Shown: one piece after another, positions 46,910-55,975 of the stretch
Layout of the letters: the number at the start of each line of letters is the position of its first letter
Numbering within the stretch: the first letter of the stretch is position 1
Translations under genes and position numbers: made by a program
The notes under the pieces: generated by a model
Seen by the model: only the letters and a program-made list of their open reading frames with translations
Databases searched by the model: none
What the model was told of the DNA's origin: nothing
Assembly: GCA_046314755.1 (NCBI GenBank)
Contig: JBKDBG010000033.1
Coordinates: 417-64,416 of the forward strand
DNA from: Bacteroidota bacterium
GTDB lineage: Bacteria; Bacteroidota; Bacteroidia; UKL13-3
Reading direction: 5' to 3'
Length of the DNA: 64,000 nt

Positions 46910-47989
46910 ATGAGGGTTAATATGTTCATTTTGTTTTCATTTTTATTCACACTATCATGTAATAAAGATGATATCAATAAGCCATTTTCTGAGGAGCGTA
47001 ACTTCATTTCAGCAGTTGATATTTCTCTTTACCCCGAAATAAAAATAAGTAGCCCGACATTTTACGATACTGATGGCCTTGAAAAAGATTTTATTTCCAT
47101 ACTTAAAAGTAGCGGAATAAATACGGTTCGACTTAGACTTTGGGTAAACCCGACAAACGGACACTCAGGCCTTAATGAAGTAAAACAATTTTCGGAAACC
47201 CTCAAAGCAAATGGTTTTAAAATATGGCTTTCCCTTCATTATTCCGATACATGGGCAGACCCCGGACAACAGCAGCCACCGTTGGTTTGGCAGAATATTG
47301 AATACTCCGCACTGATAGACTCAGTGTATGCATATACCAAAAACGTGATGACCCAAATTCAACCAAACTATATACAGATTGGCAATGAAATTAATTCAGG
47401 ATTTCTTCATCCATATGGCGATTTAACCAAAAACAAAAACCAATTTATTACACTTTTGCAAAAAGGCATTTTAGCAGTGAGAGAAAGTTCTAATCATACT
47501 AAAATAATAATCCATTTTGCGGGAATACAAAACGCTGAATGGTTTTTTAGCAATTTAACGCTGTTAGATTATGATATTATTGGCTTATCCTTCTATCCCA
47601 TTTGGCATGGAAAATCACTCACTAATTTAAAAGATGTAATGGCAAAATTGAGTGAAACTTACAACAAGGATATTTTAATTGCAGAAACGGCATATCCATT
47701 TACGCTTGAATGGAATGATTGGACGCACAATATTGTTGGACTAGAAAGTCAGTTAATATTACCGGAGTTTCCGGCAACCGCAATTGGACAAAAAGAATTT
47801 ATAAAAAGCGTGATGAATTTAACAAAAGAAATACCCAATAATAAAGGTATTGGTTTTTGTTATTGGGGGGCTGAATCAATTGCATGGAAAGGAACTCAAG
47901 CAACAGATGCCTCATCATGGGAAAACCAAGCATTGTTTGATTTTAAAAACAAAGCATTGCCGGTATTAGAGGAGTTTAAGGCCTATTAA
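46910..47989 (+). CDS. GH53 arabinogalactan endo-beta-1,4-galactanase lipoprotein
   Basis: Lipobox FTLSC. VRLRLWVNP, the GNEIN acid/base motif and the IAETAYP nucleophile motif are characteristic of GH53. Confidence 0.85.
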   Translation: MRVNMFILFSFLFTLSCNKDDINKPFSEERNFISAVDISLYPEIKISSPTFYDTDGLEKDFISILKSSGINTVRLRLWVNPTNGHSGLNEVKQFSETLKANGFKIWLSLHYSDTWADPGQQQPPLVWQNIEYSALIDSVYAYTKNVMTQIQPNYIQIGNEINSGFLHPYGDLTKNKNQFITLLQKGILAVRESSNHTKIIIHFAGIQNAEWFFSNLTLLDYDIIGLSFYPIWHGKSLTNLKDVMAKLSETYNKDILIAETAYPFTLEWNDWTHNIVGLESQLILPEFPATAIGQKEFIKSVMNLTKEIPNNKGIGFCYWGAESIAWKGTQATDASSWENQALFDFKNKALPVLEEFKAY

Positions 47990-48124
47990 TACAGCTGCAA
48001 ACCCAAACTGCCGAAAGTGTTGCCTGCATAAACGGTTATTGTTTTTGCTGAAGCAATTGATTTAACTTAGTTCTAAATGATTTTTTGTATTTAAGTTTAT
48101 AATGAAACGATAAACAAACCAAAT

Positions 48125-48838
48125 ATGTGCGGACGATTTACACAAGAACAAAAGTCGCTGGGAAAAGCATTTAATATTGAATTTAAAAATCTGTTTAAAC
48201 CTAAAAAGGAATACAATATTGGTATTGGTGAGTTTGCCGTGGTGCAAGATAAACCCGGTGCCTGGCGCCAAGTTAAATTTGGTTTTAACCAACAAGGCAA
48301 ACTTCATTTTAATGGTCGTGTGGAGGGATTTCATAACAAAAACAATGCGCTGCATTATCAAGGGCCGTTTGGTATTCACACCAACCCTATTTATGCAAGT
48401 ATTATTCAAACCTCAAGGTGTTTAATTCCAGTAAGCTCGTTTATTGAAGGGCCGGAAAAAGAACGGCTGGCCAAACCTTTTAAATTACATATGCCACAGG
48501 TAGATGCTTTTATGCTTGCGGGCGTAATTGGTGTAGATGAAAAAACGGGAGAAGAAGGTTTTAGTATTTTAACTTGTTGGCCCAATGAAGCCATTTGCGA
48601 AAAAGTAGGTCACCATAGAAGCCCTGTAATTTTAGCCCACACCACCGGTTACGAAACCTGGTTAAATGAGCAAGCAGAAATGGATACGTTGTTTACTTTG
48701 TTTCATCCGGTACCAAGCAGCGATTTACACATTGAACCTATTAGTGCAAAGTACAGAAGTGCAAAATTTTCGGAGCCGTATGCGTTGCACAACACAAAAC
48801 CACCTCACAACGGATCTACGCAGTTGTCGTTAATGTAA
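48125..48838 (+). CDS. SOS-response-associated peptidase (SRAP / YedK family)
   Basis: Starts MCGRF (catalytic Cys2). FNGRVEG and GHHRSPVIL correspond to the conserved Asn-x-Arg-x-Glu and His motifs. Confidence 0.85.
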   Translation: MCGRFTQEQKSLGKAFNIEFKNLFKPKKEYNIGIGEFAVVQDKPGAWRQVKFGFNQQGKLHFNGRVEGFHNKNNALHYQGPFGIHTNPIYASIIQTSRCLIPVSSFIEGPEKERLAKPFKLHMPQVDAFMLAGVIGVDEKTGEEGFSILTCWPNEAICEKVGHHRSPVILAHTTGYETWLNEQAEMDTLFTLFHPVPSSDLHIEPISAKYRSAKFSEPYALHNTKPPHNGSTQLSLM

Positions 48839-48988
48839 TATTCACAGCTATAATTAACCTGCATTTTGTATTCGGACCACATCAATATTGCTGTATAAAA
48901 AAACAATTGTATAATGCCAAAGCAAAAGTTACTACCGAAACATGCAGGAAAATTTATACATTTGAATTAGCTACTGAAAGCTGAAAAC

Positions 48989-49210
48989 ATGTTTACTACG
49001 ATAGAAATAGATAGAGACAACCTAACCATCATGGGTGTTAAATTTTCAGACTTGAACACCTTGGAGCGCACAGCAAGCGCTATAGGAAGCAATATGTTTG
49101 AAGGCTTCAAACCAACACCAAAAGGAGTTGAAATTATTAGAGATTATGTGACAGGAAAAATCTCTTTAAGTGAATTGGTGGTATTTGCCAAACAAAAGGC
49201 TTATGTCTAA
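48989..49210 (+). CDS. VbhA-type antitoxin of a Fic toxin
   Basis: 73 aa containing SNMFEG, the [S/T]xxxE[G/N] Fic-inhibitory motif. It overlaps the fic start by 8 nt. Confidence 0.8.
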   Translation: MFTTIEIDRDNLTIMGVKFSDLNTLERTASAIGSNMFEGFKPTPKGVEIIRDYVTGKISLSELVVFAKQKAYV

Positions 49211-49808
49211 TTCTTACAAGTACATTGACCTTGAACACACTTATATAGATCCTGAATCAGGAATATTAAAGAATTTACTTGGCATTACAGATCCCGAAGT
49301 ATTATTATTTGTAGAGAGTGGTGCAGTCACAAAACGATTGAAAGAACTCTACGAACATCCAATTGAAATTAAAGGTATTGAAACCCTTTTTGACATTCAT
49401 AGGTATTTGTTTCAAGATGTTTACCATTGGGCAGGCAAAAAAAGAATCGTAGAAATAAGCAAAGATGGTAAACAATTTTTTCCAACAACTCATTTCGAAA
49501 ATGCTTTTAGATACATTGACATTTTGATAGGTGAATTCAAATTAATTTCAGAAGATAACATAAAACAATTAGCCGAAAAATTGGCAGAAATACTAGACCA
49601 TATAGACTACCTGCACCCGTTTAGAGAAGGAAACGGAAGAGCACAAAGAGAATTTTTGAGAATATTAGCTCTAGAAAAAGGTATAAACTTAAATCTCAAT
49701 CCACCCGATAATAGTCATGTATACGAAAGATATATGAAAGGAACCATTGAGAGTAATATTCCTACTCTAACCGAGTTAATTTATGAGCTCATTAAAGCAA
49801 GTAAATAA
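49203..49808 (+). CDS. Fic-family protein adenylyltransferase (class I toxin)
   Basis: HPFREGNGRAQR is a full HxFx(D/E)GNGRxxR active-site motif. I chose the ATG at 49203 (MSNSYKYID). Confidence 0.88.
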   Translation: MSNSYKYIDLEHTYIDPESGILKNLLGITDPEVLLFVESGAVTKRLKELYEHPIEIKGIETLFDIHRYLFQDVYHWAGKKRIVEISKDGKQFFPTTHFENAFRYIDILIGEFKLISEDNIKQLAEKLAEILDHIDYLHPFREGNGRAQREFLRILALEKGINLNLNPPDNSHVYERYMKGTIESNIPTLTELIYELIKASK

Positions 49809-49945
49809 AGAGCTTAAGATTAATAGCTTTAGCATAACTTGGTTTCAACAAATTGTGTGATCAATTTTCCGCACATTTTTATGTATCTTGGTTTGAGAAA
49901 AAACAGCACACCTTACTGCTTGCTTTTGGGTGCTTATTCAACAAA

Positions 49946-51112
49946 ATGAAACGCAATAAAATTGTACTTTATGTTTTATGGTTACTCTTACTGCACAGTA
50001 AGTCATTCGCTAATTTAATATACCACCCGGTTAGTTTTGTACTCAGCACCGATAAAGAAAGTTATTACGAAGGCGAAAAAATTACCTTTTACATCACCAT
50101 TACCAACAACGATAAAGAAAGAACACACCCTGTTTTGTTACCGCATACCCAAAATACAGGTGAGAAACTTTTTTATTTAACCGCATACGATAAAGCAAAA
50201 AACACCTTGCTGTTGCGGTACACCGAAAACAAACAGATGAACATGATGGTGCATGACACAGGTACTGTTCAAATCAAATATTTAAAACCGCAAGAGCAAA
50301 TTGTAGTGCCCATTTATTTAAATGATTTTGAAAACTACTACAGCTACCACACACAAAATGCTTCGCATCATAGTTTTGGTGTTCCGCTGTTTGCGGGTAT
50401 TTATCACATCAATGTTACCTATAATCCAAAAGGTTTAGCATTAGGCGATAGCTTGTACACTTATTACGATTACTTTGATAAATACAGTGCACCAGCCAAC
50501 AAACAGTTGATGCCGCGTGAAGGACAAATTACCCCATTGGTGGAGGTTAGAATTAAACGAAGAACCGATACCATTGTGAGCATTGAAAGAAAAAAATACT
50601 TCATCAAAACCGATGGGTATTATTACTACTACTTGTCGGAAAACTTACCAAAGATTACAACCGATACAAATTGTCACCACATCACTAGTTTGCTGCCCGA
50701 TAGTTTCACCGGGAAGAATGAATATTTCTACAGCCATTTTACTGATTTGTATGCGGAGTACATTAGCAGATTTGAAGATGGAGATATCCGTGAATACCGA
50801 AAATTTTCAGATTGGTGTCCGAGCTACTTATTTACCGAACGGTACAATGAGTTTAAACAAAAAACACATTATGAATTGCAATTGCCCGATAAAAGATTTT
50901 ACAGCATTTCTTATCACCAACCGGGAGGAAGAATTCACCAAGAATCGTATTGTTCGGAAGATGGCACCTTGTGCATGGTAACCACTTACATTTACAACAA
51001 AAAGGGAGATTTTGTTCGGAAGAAAATGGAACAAACCAAGCCCTGCTCAGTGGTAATAATTGATGGTAAAAAAAGAAGTGCAACACGTGTATATAATTTG
51101 GAAGCACGATAA
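49946..51112 (+). CDS. Hypothetical secreted protein
   Basis: Signal peptide MKRNKIVLYVLWLLLLHSKSFA. It is rich in Tyr, Asn and Lys. I recognised no motif. Confidence 0.55.
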   Translation: MKRNKIVLYVLWLLLLHSKSFANLIYHPVSFVLSTDKESYYEGEKITFYITITNNDKERTHPVLLPHTQNTGEKLFYLTAYDKAKNTLLLRYTENKQMNMMVHDTGTVQIKYLKPQEQIVVPIYLNDFENYYSYHTQNASHHSFGVPLFAGIYHINVTYNPKGLALGDSLYTYYDYFDKYSAPANKQLMPREGQITPLVEVRIKRRTDTIVSIERKKYFIKTDGYYYYYLSENLPKITTDTNCHHITSLLPDSFTGKNEYFYSHFTDLYAEYISRFEDGDIREYRKFSDWCPSYLFTERYNEFKQKTHYELQLPDKRFYSISYHQPGGRIHQESYCSEDGTLCMVTTYIYNKKGDFVRKKMEQTKPCSVVIIDGKKRSATRVYNLEAR

Positions 51113-51220
51113 AAAAATTAGCAGTTCGTTTGAGGTGACAGATTATGGCAAAAATTAATGATGGTATCAAACGTGTAAGAATGATTTAACTTGCAAGGAA
51201 ACAATCAAAATATTTACCTC

Positions 51221-51481
51221 ATGAAATCTTTATCTATTACTTTATCACTGGCTTTTGCTGCATCTATTTGTTTAACCGGTTGCGGCAACTTAAGCAATGA
51301 TGTAGAAGCCAAATTAAAAGAATTAAAAAGTAAAACCGAATCGCTTGACTCCTTGGTAAACCAAGAAGTAGATAAAGTACACTCGCTTGATTCACTCATA
51401 AACAGTGAAACAGAAAGGTTGAACAAATTAGATTCCATTGCAAATGCCAAAATGGATCGTTACGAAAAAATCTTGCAGTAA
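51221..51481 (+). CDS. Small coiled-coil lipoprotein
   Basis: Lipobox LTGC. There are three units of about 15 aa: ESLDSLVNQE, HSLDSLINSE and NKLDSIANAK. Confidence 0.6.
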   Translation: MKSLSITLSLAFAASICLTGCGNLSNDVEAKLKELKSKTESLDSLVNQEVDKVHSLDSLINSETERLNKLDSIANAKMDRYEKILQ

Positions 51482-51662
51482 ACCATTTGAATCAAGGCAT
51501 TTAAAAGGCTCGGCAATTGGGTTGAAGAGATGGTTTAAAATGAAGCTTGCGGAGAATAATCACCCGTGATTACAATGGACCGTTTGATGTTTGGCTTAAA
51601 AAGTTCTTCAATAAATTTTATCGGTTAAACTGAATTCGATCCAAGGTTTTTCGTTTTCATTT

Positions 51663-51683
51663 CGTTCACTACTGAACGTTTTT
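51663..51683 (+). terminator. Rho-independent terminator with no gene immediately upstream
   Basis: CGTTCA-CTAC-TGAACG stem-loop followed by T5. It lies 180 nt after the lipoprotein gene stop. Confidence 0.5.
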
Positions 51684-51694
51684 GCGCATTAGGA

Positions 51695-52747
51695 TTAATT
51701 CGAATCCTTTGGTATTTCCCAGGGCTTGTTTACCTCATATAATAACTGCCCTTTACTTACCACCAACGGTGAAGGAATATTGTTGGTGTATAAACTGCCG
51801 GTGCCTAAGCCTTGTGGCATTTGAATGTGTTGTGTGGACGTAAATTGTGCAATGGCATTTAACCCGATATTACTTTCTAAAGCACTGGTGGCCCACCAAC
51901 CTATGCCCTGCTTTTGTGCCCATTTAATCCAAGCTTCGCTGTTGTTGAGTCCGCCTATTAAAGTGGGTTTTAAAATAATGTATTGCGGTTGAATGTATTG
52001 CAATAATAGTTGGCCTTGGGTATGCACATCCACACCAATTAATTCTTCATCCAAAGCAATGGCAATGGATGTGGTGGCACACAATTCTTGCATGGCTTCC
52101 CATTGTTTGGGTTTAATGGGTTGCTCTATGCTGTGAATGTCAAACCGTGCCAATTCTTTTAATTTTTTATGCGCTTCATCGTTGGCAAAAGCTCCGTTTG
52201 CATCTAAACGAATGGTTACCTTAAACGCATTAAATTGTTTTCTAAATGCTTCCAACATACGGCACTCTTCATCAAAATCAAGAGCGCCTACTTTAAACTT
52301 AATGGTATCAAAACCTGTAGATGCTTTTTCTAGAGCTTCCTGCAACATGGTTTCTTTTTCATTCATCCACACCAATCCGTTAATGGGTATGGTTTGTATG
52401 CCTTTGGTAAAATTGGTTTCAAACAATAAAAACGGCTGTTGGTGTTGCATGGAAAGCAAAGCTGTTTCTACTGCAAAATAAATACTCGGGTAATTTTGTA
52501 AATCCAAGGCTTCTATGCTCAAGCCTTCACTCAAGCCTTCACAAACGCGTTGCATTTTTTGTTCAAAATCGGGCACATCATCAATGCTCAACCCTTTTAA
52601 AGGAGCAGCTTCTCCATAGGTGATTTTACCATCGGCCAAGCGTATTAATTTTAAATAATAAACCGTGTGTGTAGTGAGCACATTACGCGAGGTGCGGGCT
52701 TCACGTTTAAATTGCAATTGGTGTGATTGATAAGTGGCTTTGTACAT
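51695..52747 (-). CDS. menC: o-Succinylbenzoate synthase (enolase superfamily)
   Basis: Enolase-superfamily metal-ligand pattern (IRLDANGAF, IEQP, IALDEE). It lies directly downstream of menA. Confidence 0.75.
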   Translation of the reverse strand: MYKATYQSHQLQFKREARTSRNVLTTHTVYYLKLIRLADGKITYGEAAPLKGLSIDDVPDFEQKMQRVCEGLSEGLSIEALDLQNYPSIYFAVETALLSMQHQQPFLLFETNFTKGIQTIPINGLVWMNEKETMLQEALEKASTGFDTIKFKVGALDFDEECRMLEAFRKQFNAFKVTIRLDANGAFANDEAHKKLKELARFDIHSIEQPIKPKQWEAMQELCATTSIAIALDEELIGVDVHTQGQLLLQYIQPQYIILKPTLIGGLNNSEAWIKWAQKQGIGWWATSALESNIGLNAIAQFTSTQHIQMPQGLGTGSLYTNNIPSPLVVSKGQLLYEVNKPWEIPKDSN

Positions 52748-52753
52748 AAACAG

Positions 52754-53716
52754 TTACATCACTTTATTAATGGCCGTGTACGTATAAATTCCTAAAGCTA
52801 TGGTTTGTAAAATCATAAACACCACCACCAAAAACAAGGTGGCCAAACTCAGCTTTTTTAAATATCCGTTATACACAGGCGAAGGTGGTGTGGAGTGCAC
52901 CAAATACGCTTGTTTAAAAATAGGAATAAACGCCAACAAGGTGGCATACTCTAATACATGCAACGACTTAAAACTTAAAAAAATAAACAAACACACAAAT
53001 GCCGTAAGCACCAACATCCAATGGTAAATACGGGCTTTACGCACACCCAAATGTACCACAATGGTATGCTTACCCGAGGCCGCATCATTTTCAATATCTC
53101 TAATGTTATTGGTATTTAACACCGCAGCGCTTAATAAACCAATGGTGGTTGCAGGTAAAAAAATCCAAGCATCACCAATGCCGTACCACCTAAATTGATG
53201 GTGCAACAAATACACGCCAACCACCGCAACCGGACCAAAAAATAAAAACACAAACACATCGCCCAACCCTTTGTAACCATAAGCACTTTGGCCTACCGTG
53301 TATTTAATGGCTGCTGCAATGGCTGTTAATCCAACCATAAAAAACAATAAAAAACCAACGTTTAAATGCCCGTTAAAAGCAATGGCCAACAACGATAATC
53401 CGGAAGTTAAACATAACAATACAAATGCCACAATCATATTTCGCATGGCTTGTGGTGTAATGTTACCGCTTTGTAAAGCACGCATGTTGCCCAATCGGTT
53501 TTCATTATCGGTACCTTTTACAAAATCACCGTAATCATTAGCCAAGTTGCTAAGTATTTGTAAGCATATAGCCGTTAGCAATGCAAGCAATGTGATGATA
53601 AAATTGGTGTCGTAACCACTTAATCCCGCCAAGGCACTGCCCATTAAAATACCGGAAACAGCTAAAGGCAGGGTACGTAAACGCATGGCACTAATCCATG
53701 TTTTAAAATTACTCAT
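52754..53716 (-). CDS. menA: 1,4-dihydroxy-2-naphthoate polyprenyltransferase
   Basis: UbiA-family membrane protein with NLANDYGDFVKGTD and NNIRDIENDAASGK Asp-rich motifs. Confidence 0.85.
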   Translation of the reverse strand: MSNFKTWISAMRLRTLPLAVSGILMGSALAGLSGYDTNFIITLLALLTAICLQILSNLANDYGDFVKGTDNENRLGNMRALQSGNITPQAMRNMIVAFVLLCLTSGLSLLAIAFNGHLNVGFLLFFMVGLTAIAAAIKYTVGQSAYGYKGLGDVFVFLFFGPVAVVGVYLLHHQFRWYGIGDAWIFLPATTIGLLSAAVLNTNNIRDIENDAASGKHTIVVHLGVRKARIYHWMLVLTAFVCLFIFLSFKSLHVLEYATLLAFIPIFKQAYLVHSTPPSPVYNGYLKKLSLATLFLVVVFMILQTIALGIYTYTAINKVM

Positions 53717-53814
53717 GAGGCAACAAAAATAATTAAAGTATACCGGGATTAAACATGCATTGTTTTAAACTAAGCAGTTAATCAGATAAAGTGATTAAAT
53801 TTGTAGCCACATTC

Positions 53815-54999
53815 ATGGCTAAAGGAAAATTATACGACACACATAAAAAGCAGGAAACGGCTGTATTGGTTGGTATTGTGCTACCTCATCAAAAAGTTGA
53901 ACAAGCGGAAGAGTATTTAGATGAATTATCATTTTTAGCCTTAACTGCCGGTGCACGCGTGGTTAAACGTTATCTTCAACGCTTACCCAAACCCAATGGA
54001 GCAACCTTTGTTGGGGAAGGAAAAATTGAAGAAATAGCCGCTTATGTAAAAGAAAATGAAATCAGCATGGTGATATTTGATGATGAGTTAAGTCCATCAC
54101 AAATACGTAACCTCGAAAAATTATTCAACATAAAAATACTGGATCGAAGCAATTTAATCTTGGATATTTTTGCCACCCGGGCTCGCACGGCACAAGCCAA
54201 AATGCAAGTGGAGTTGGCGCAAATGCAATACATGTTACCGCGTTTAACACGCATGTGGACCCACTTAACCAAACATGCGGGAGGAATTGGAACGAGAGGG
54301 CCGGGTGAGAGTGAAATTGAAACCGACCGCAGGACCATCAGAAATACCATTGGTAAATTAAAGGAAAGATTACGCGAGGTTGAACAACAAGCAGAAACAC
54401 GAAGAAAAAACCGTGATGACAAAGTGAGAATTACGCTGGTGGGTTACACCAACGTGGGCAAATCAACCATCATGAATATGCTGAGCAAAAGCGAAGCGGT
54501 GTTGGCCGAAGACAAACTTTTTGCAACACTTGACAGTACGGTTAGAAAAATTGTGATTGATGATATTCCGTTTTTATTAACCGATACCGTTGGATTTATC
54601 CGTAAGCTTCCGCATCAATTGATTGAGTGTTTTAAAAGCACTTTGGATGAAATTAGAGAAGCCGATGTGTTGATTCATGTGGTGGATGTTTCGCATCCAA
54701 AATTTGAAGACCAAATTGCTGTGGTAAATAAAACCCTGGAAGAAATTAAGGCGCATCAAAAACCAACTTTGTTGGTATTTAATAAAATTGATAAGTTACA
54801 GGAACCGCTAAAAATGGAAGATGAAGAGTTGGACGAAAACGAACCTGAACTGCCTTACATTGAGCGCTTAAAAAACACTTGGATGGCCAAAGAAAATGCG
54901 CCTGTTATTTTTATATCGGCCACTAAAAAAACCAATGTGGAAGAATTGAAACAAGCGTTGTTGAGTTTGGTGAAAAAAAACATGAAAGTGGCTTATTAA
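53815..54999 (+). CDS. hflX: GTPase HflX
   Basis: HflX N-terminal domain followed by G1 GYTNVGKST and G3 DTVGF. I chose the ATG at 53815. Confidence 0.9.
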   Translation: MAKGKLYDTHKKQETAVLVGIVLPHQKVEQAEEYLDELSFLALTAGARVVKRYLQRLPKPNGATFVGEGKIEEIAAYVKENEISMVIFDDELSPSQIRNLEKLFNIKILDRSNLILDIFATRARTAQAKMQVELAQMQYMLPRLTRMWTHLTKHAGGIGTRGPGESEIETDRRTIRNTIGKLKERLREVEQQAETRRKNRDDKVRITLVGYTNVGKSTIMNMLSKSEAVLAEDKLFATLDSTVRKIVIDDIPFLLTDTVGFIRKLPHQLIECFKSTLDEIREADVLIHVVDVSHPKFEDQIAVVNKTLEEIKAHQKPTLLVFNKIDKLQEPLKMEDEELDENEPELPYIERLKNTWMAKENAPVIFISATKKTNVEELKQALLSLVKKNMKVAY

Positions 55000-55008
55000 T
55001 TTCAAGAC

Positions 55009-55827
55009 ATGTCGGCAAGGTGTTATCAAATAATATTAGAATCGGTAAGCAAATCGCCCAAACCTTCATTTAATGATTTAAAGGATAAACTCACCGATGC
55101 AGGATTTGAACTTTCGCCAAGAACTTTGCAACGTTATTTAGAATACATCAGAAATAAATTCGGGTTTGATGTGAGGTATAACAAGGCGAAAAACTATTAT
55201 TATTTAGATGAACAACAATTGCCTCATGTGCACACCTTATTGGTGGTATTAGGCATGTTGCACGAAACGGAATTGTTTTTGGAACAATCGCACGTACAAA
55301 ACCTAAAAGGCTTAAATGTTGAAGATTTCTTTATTCCCAAAGGCATTCAATACATTGATACCATACAAAAAGCCATTACACAAAACAAGGCTTTAACCTT
55401 GGTTTTGGCGGAAGGAGCCTTAAGAATTACTCCCGAAAAAATATCCAACGAAAACGGCTGGTTAACATTAATTGGCAAAGAAGGAAACACACCAATTGCC
55501 ATTAAACTGTGTGATATCAAAAGTGTAAGTGCTGCAAATCATTTAACCAAACTTCAACCCGAAACACCTAAAGAAATATTTACAACGGTTTTAATTGCCG
55601 TTCGACATGAATTAGCGGATGAAGTGAGAATGAAACCCTTGCATGCGAGTCAGTTTGAAATGAAACAAAAAGAAAAATGGGTGGTTTTTGAATACCAACT
55701 CAGCAACCCCGAAATGCTTTTTCAACCGTTGTGGTTGATGAAAGATCAGGTGAAAGTATTGGAACCTGAAAACTTACGTGCAAAACTTGCCGAAACTGCC
55801 AAAAAAGTACACAAGCTAAACAAATAG
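55009..55827 (+). CDS. YafY-like HTH regulator with a degenerate WYL domain
   Basis: N-terminal LSPRTLQRYLEYIRNKFGFDVRYNKAKNYYYLD, a central ENGWLTLIG in place of WYL, and a C-terminal VKVLEPENLRAKL (WCX-like). Confidence 0.6.
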   Translation: MSARCYQIILESVSKSPKPSFNDLKDKLTDAGFELSPRTLQRYLEYIRNKFGFDVRYNKAKNYYYLDEQQLPHVHTLLVVLGMLHETELFLEQSHVQNLKGLNVEDFFIPKGIQYIDTIQKAITQNKALTLVLAEGALRITPEKISNENGWLTLIGKEGNTPIAIKLCDIKSVSAANHLTKLQPETPKEIFTTVLIAVRHELADEVRMKPLHASQFEMKQKEKWVVFEYQLSNPEMLFQPLWLMKDQVKVLEPENLRAKLAETAKKVHKLNK

Positions 55828-55939
55828 TCAATCTGCTCATTTTCAGATTATTGGATATGTTTAAACGCATTCATCCTTAAACCTTATTAAACTTTTCTTT
55901 TAAAGCTATAATTGCAATAGGTTAAGATGTTAAAATTTA

Positions 55940-55947
55940 TAATTTTG
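55940..55947 (+). promoter_or_regulatory. Candidate Bacteroidota -7 promoter element (TAnnTTTG)
   Basis: TAATTTTG lies about 30 nt upstream of the PPIase gene start at 55976. Confidence 0.3.
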
Positions 55948-55975
55948 CGTCACCTCAAAAAAATATAGAAGGATA

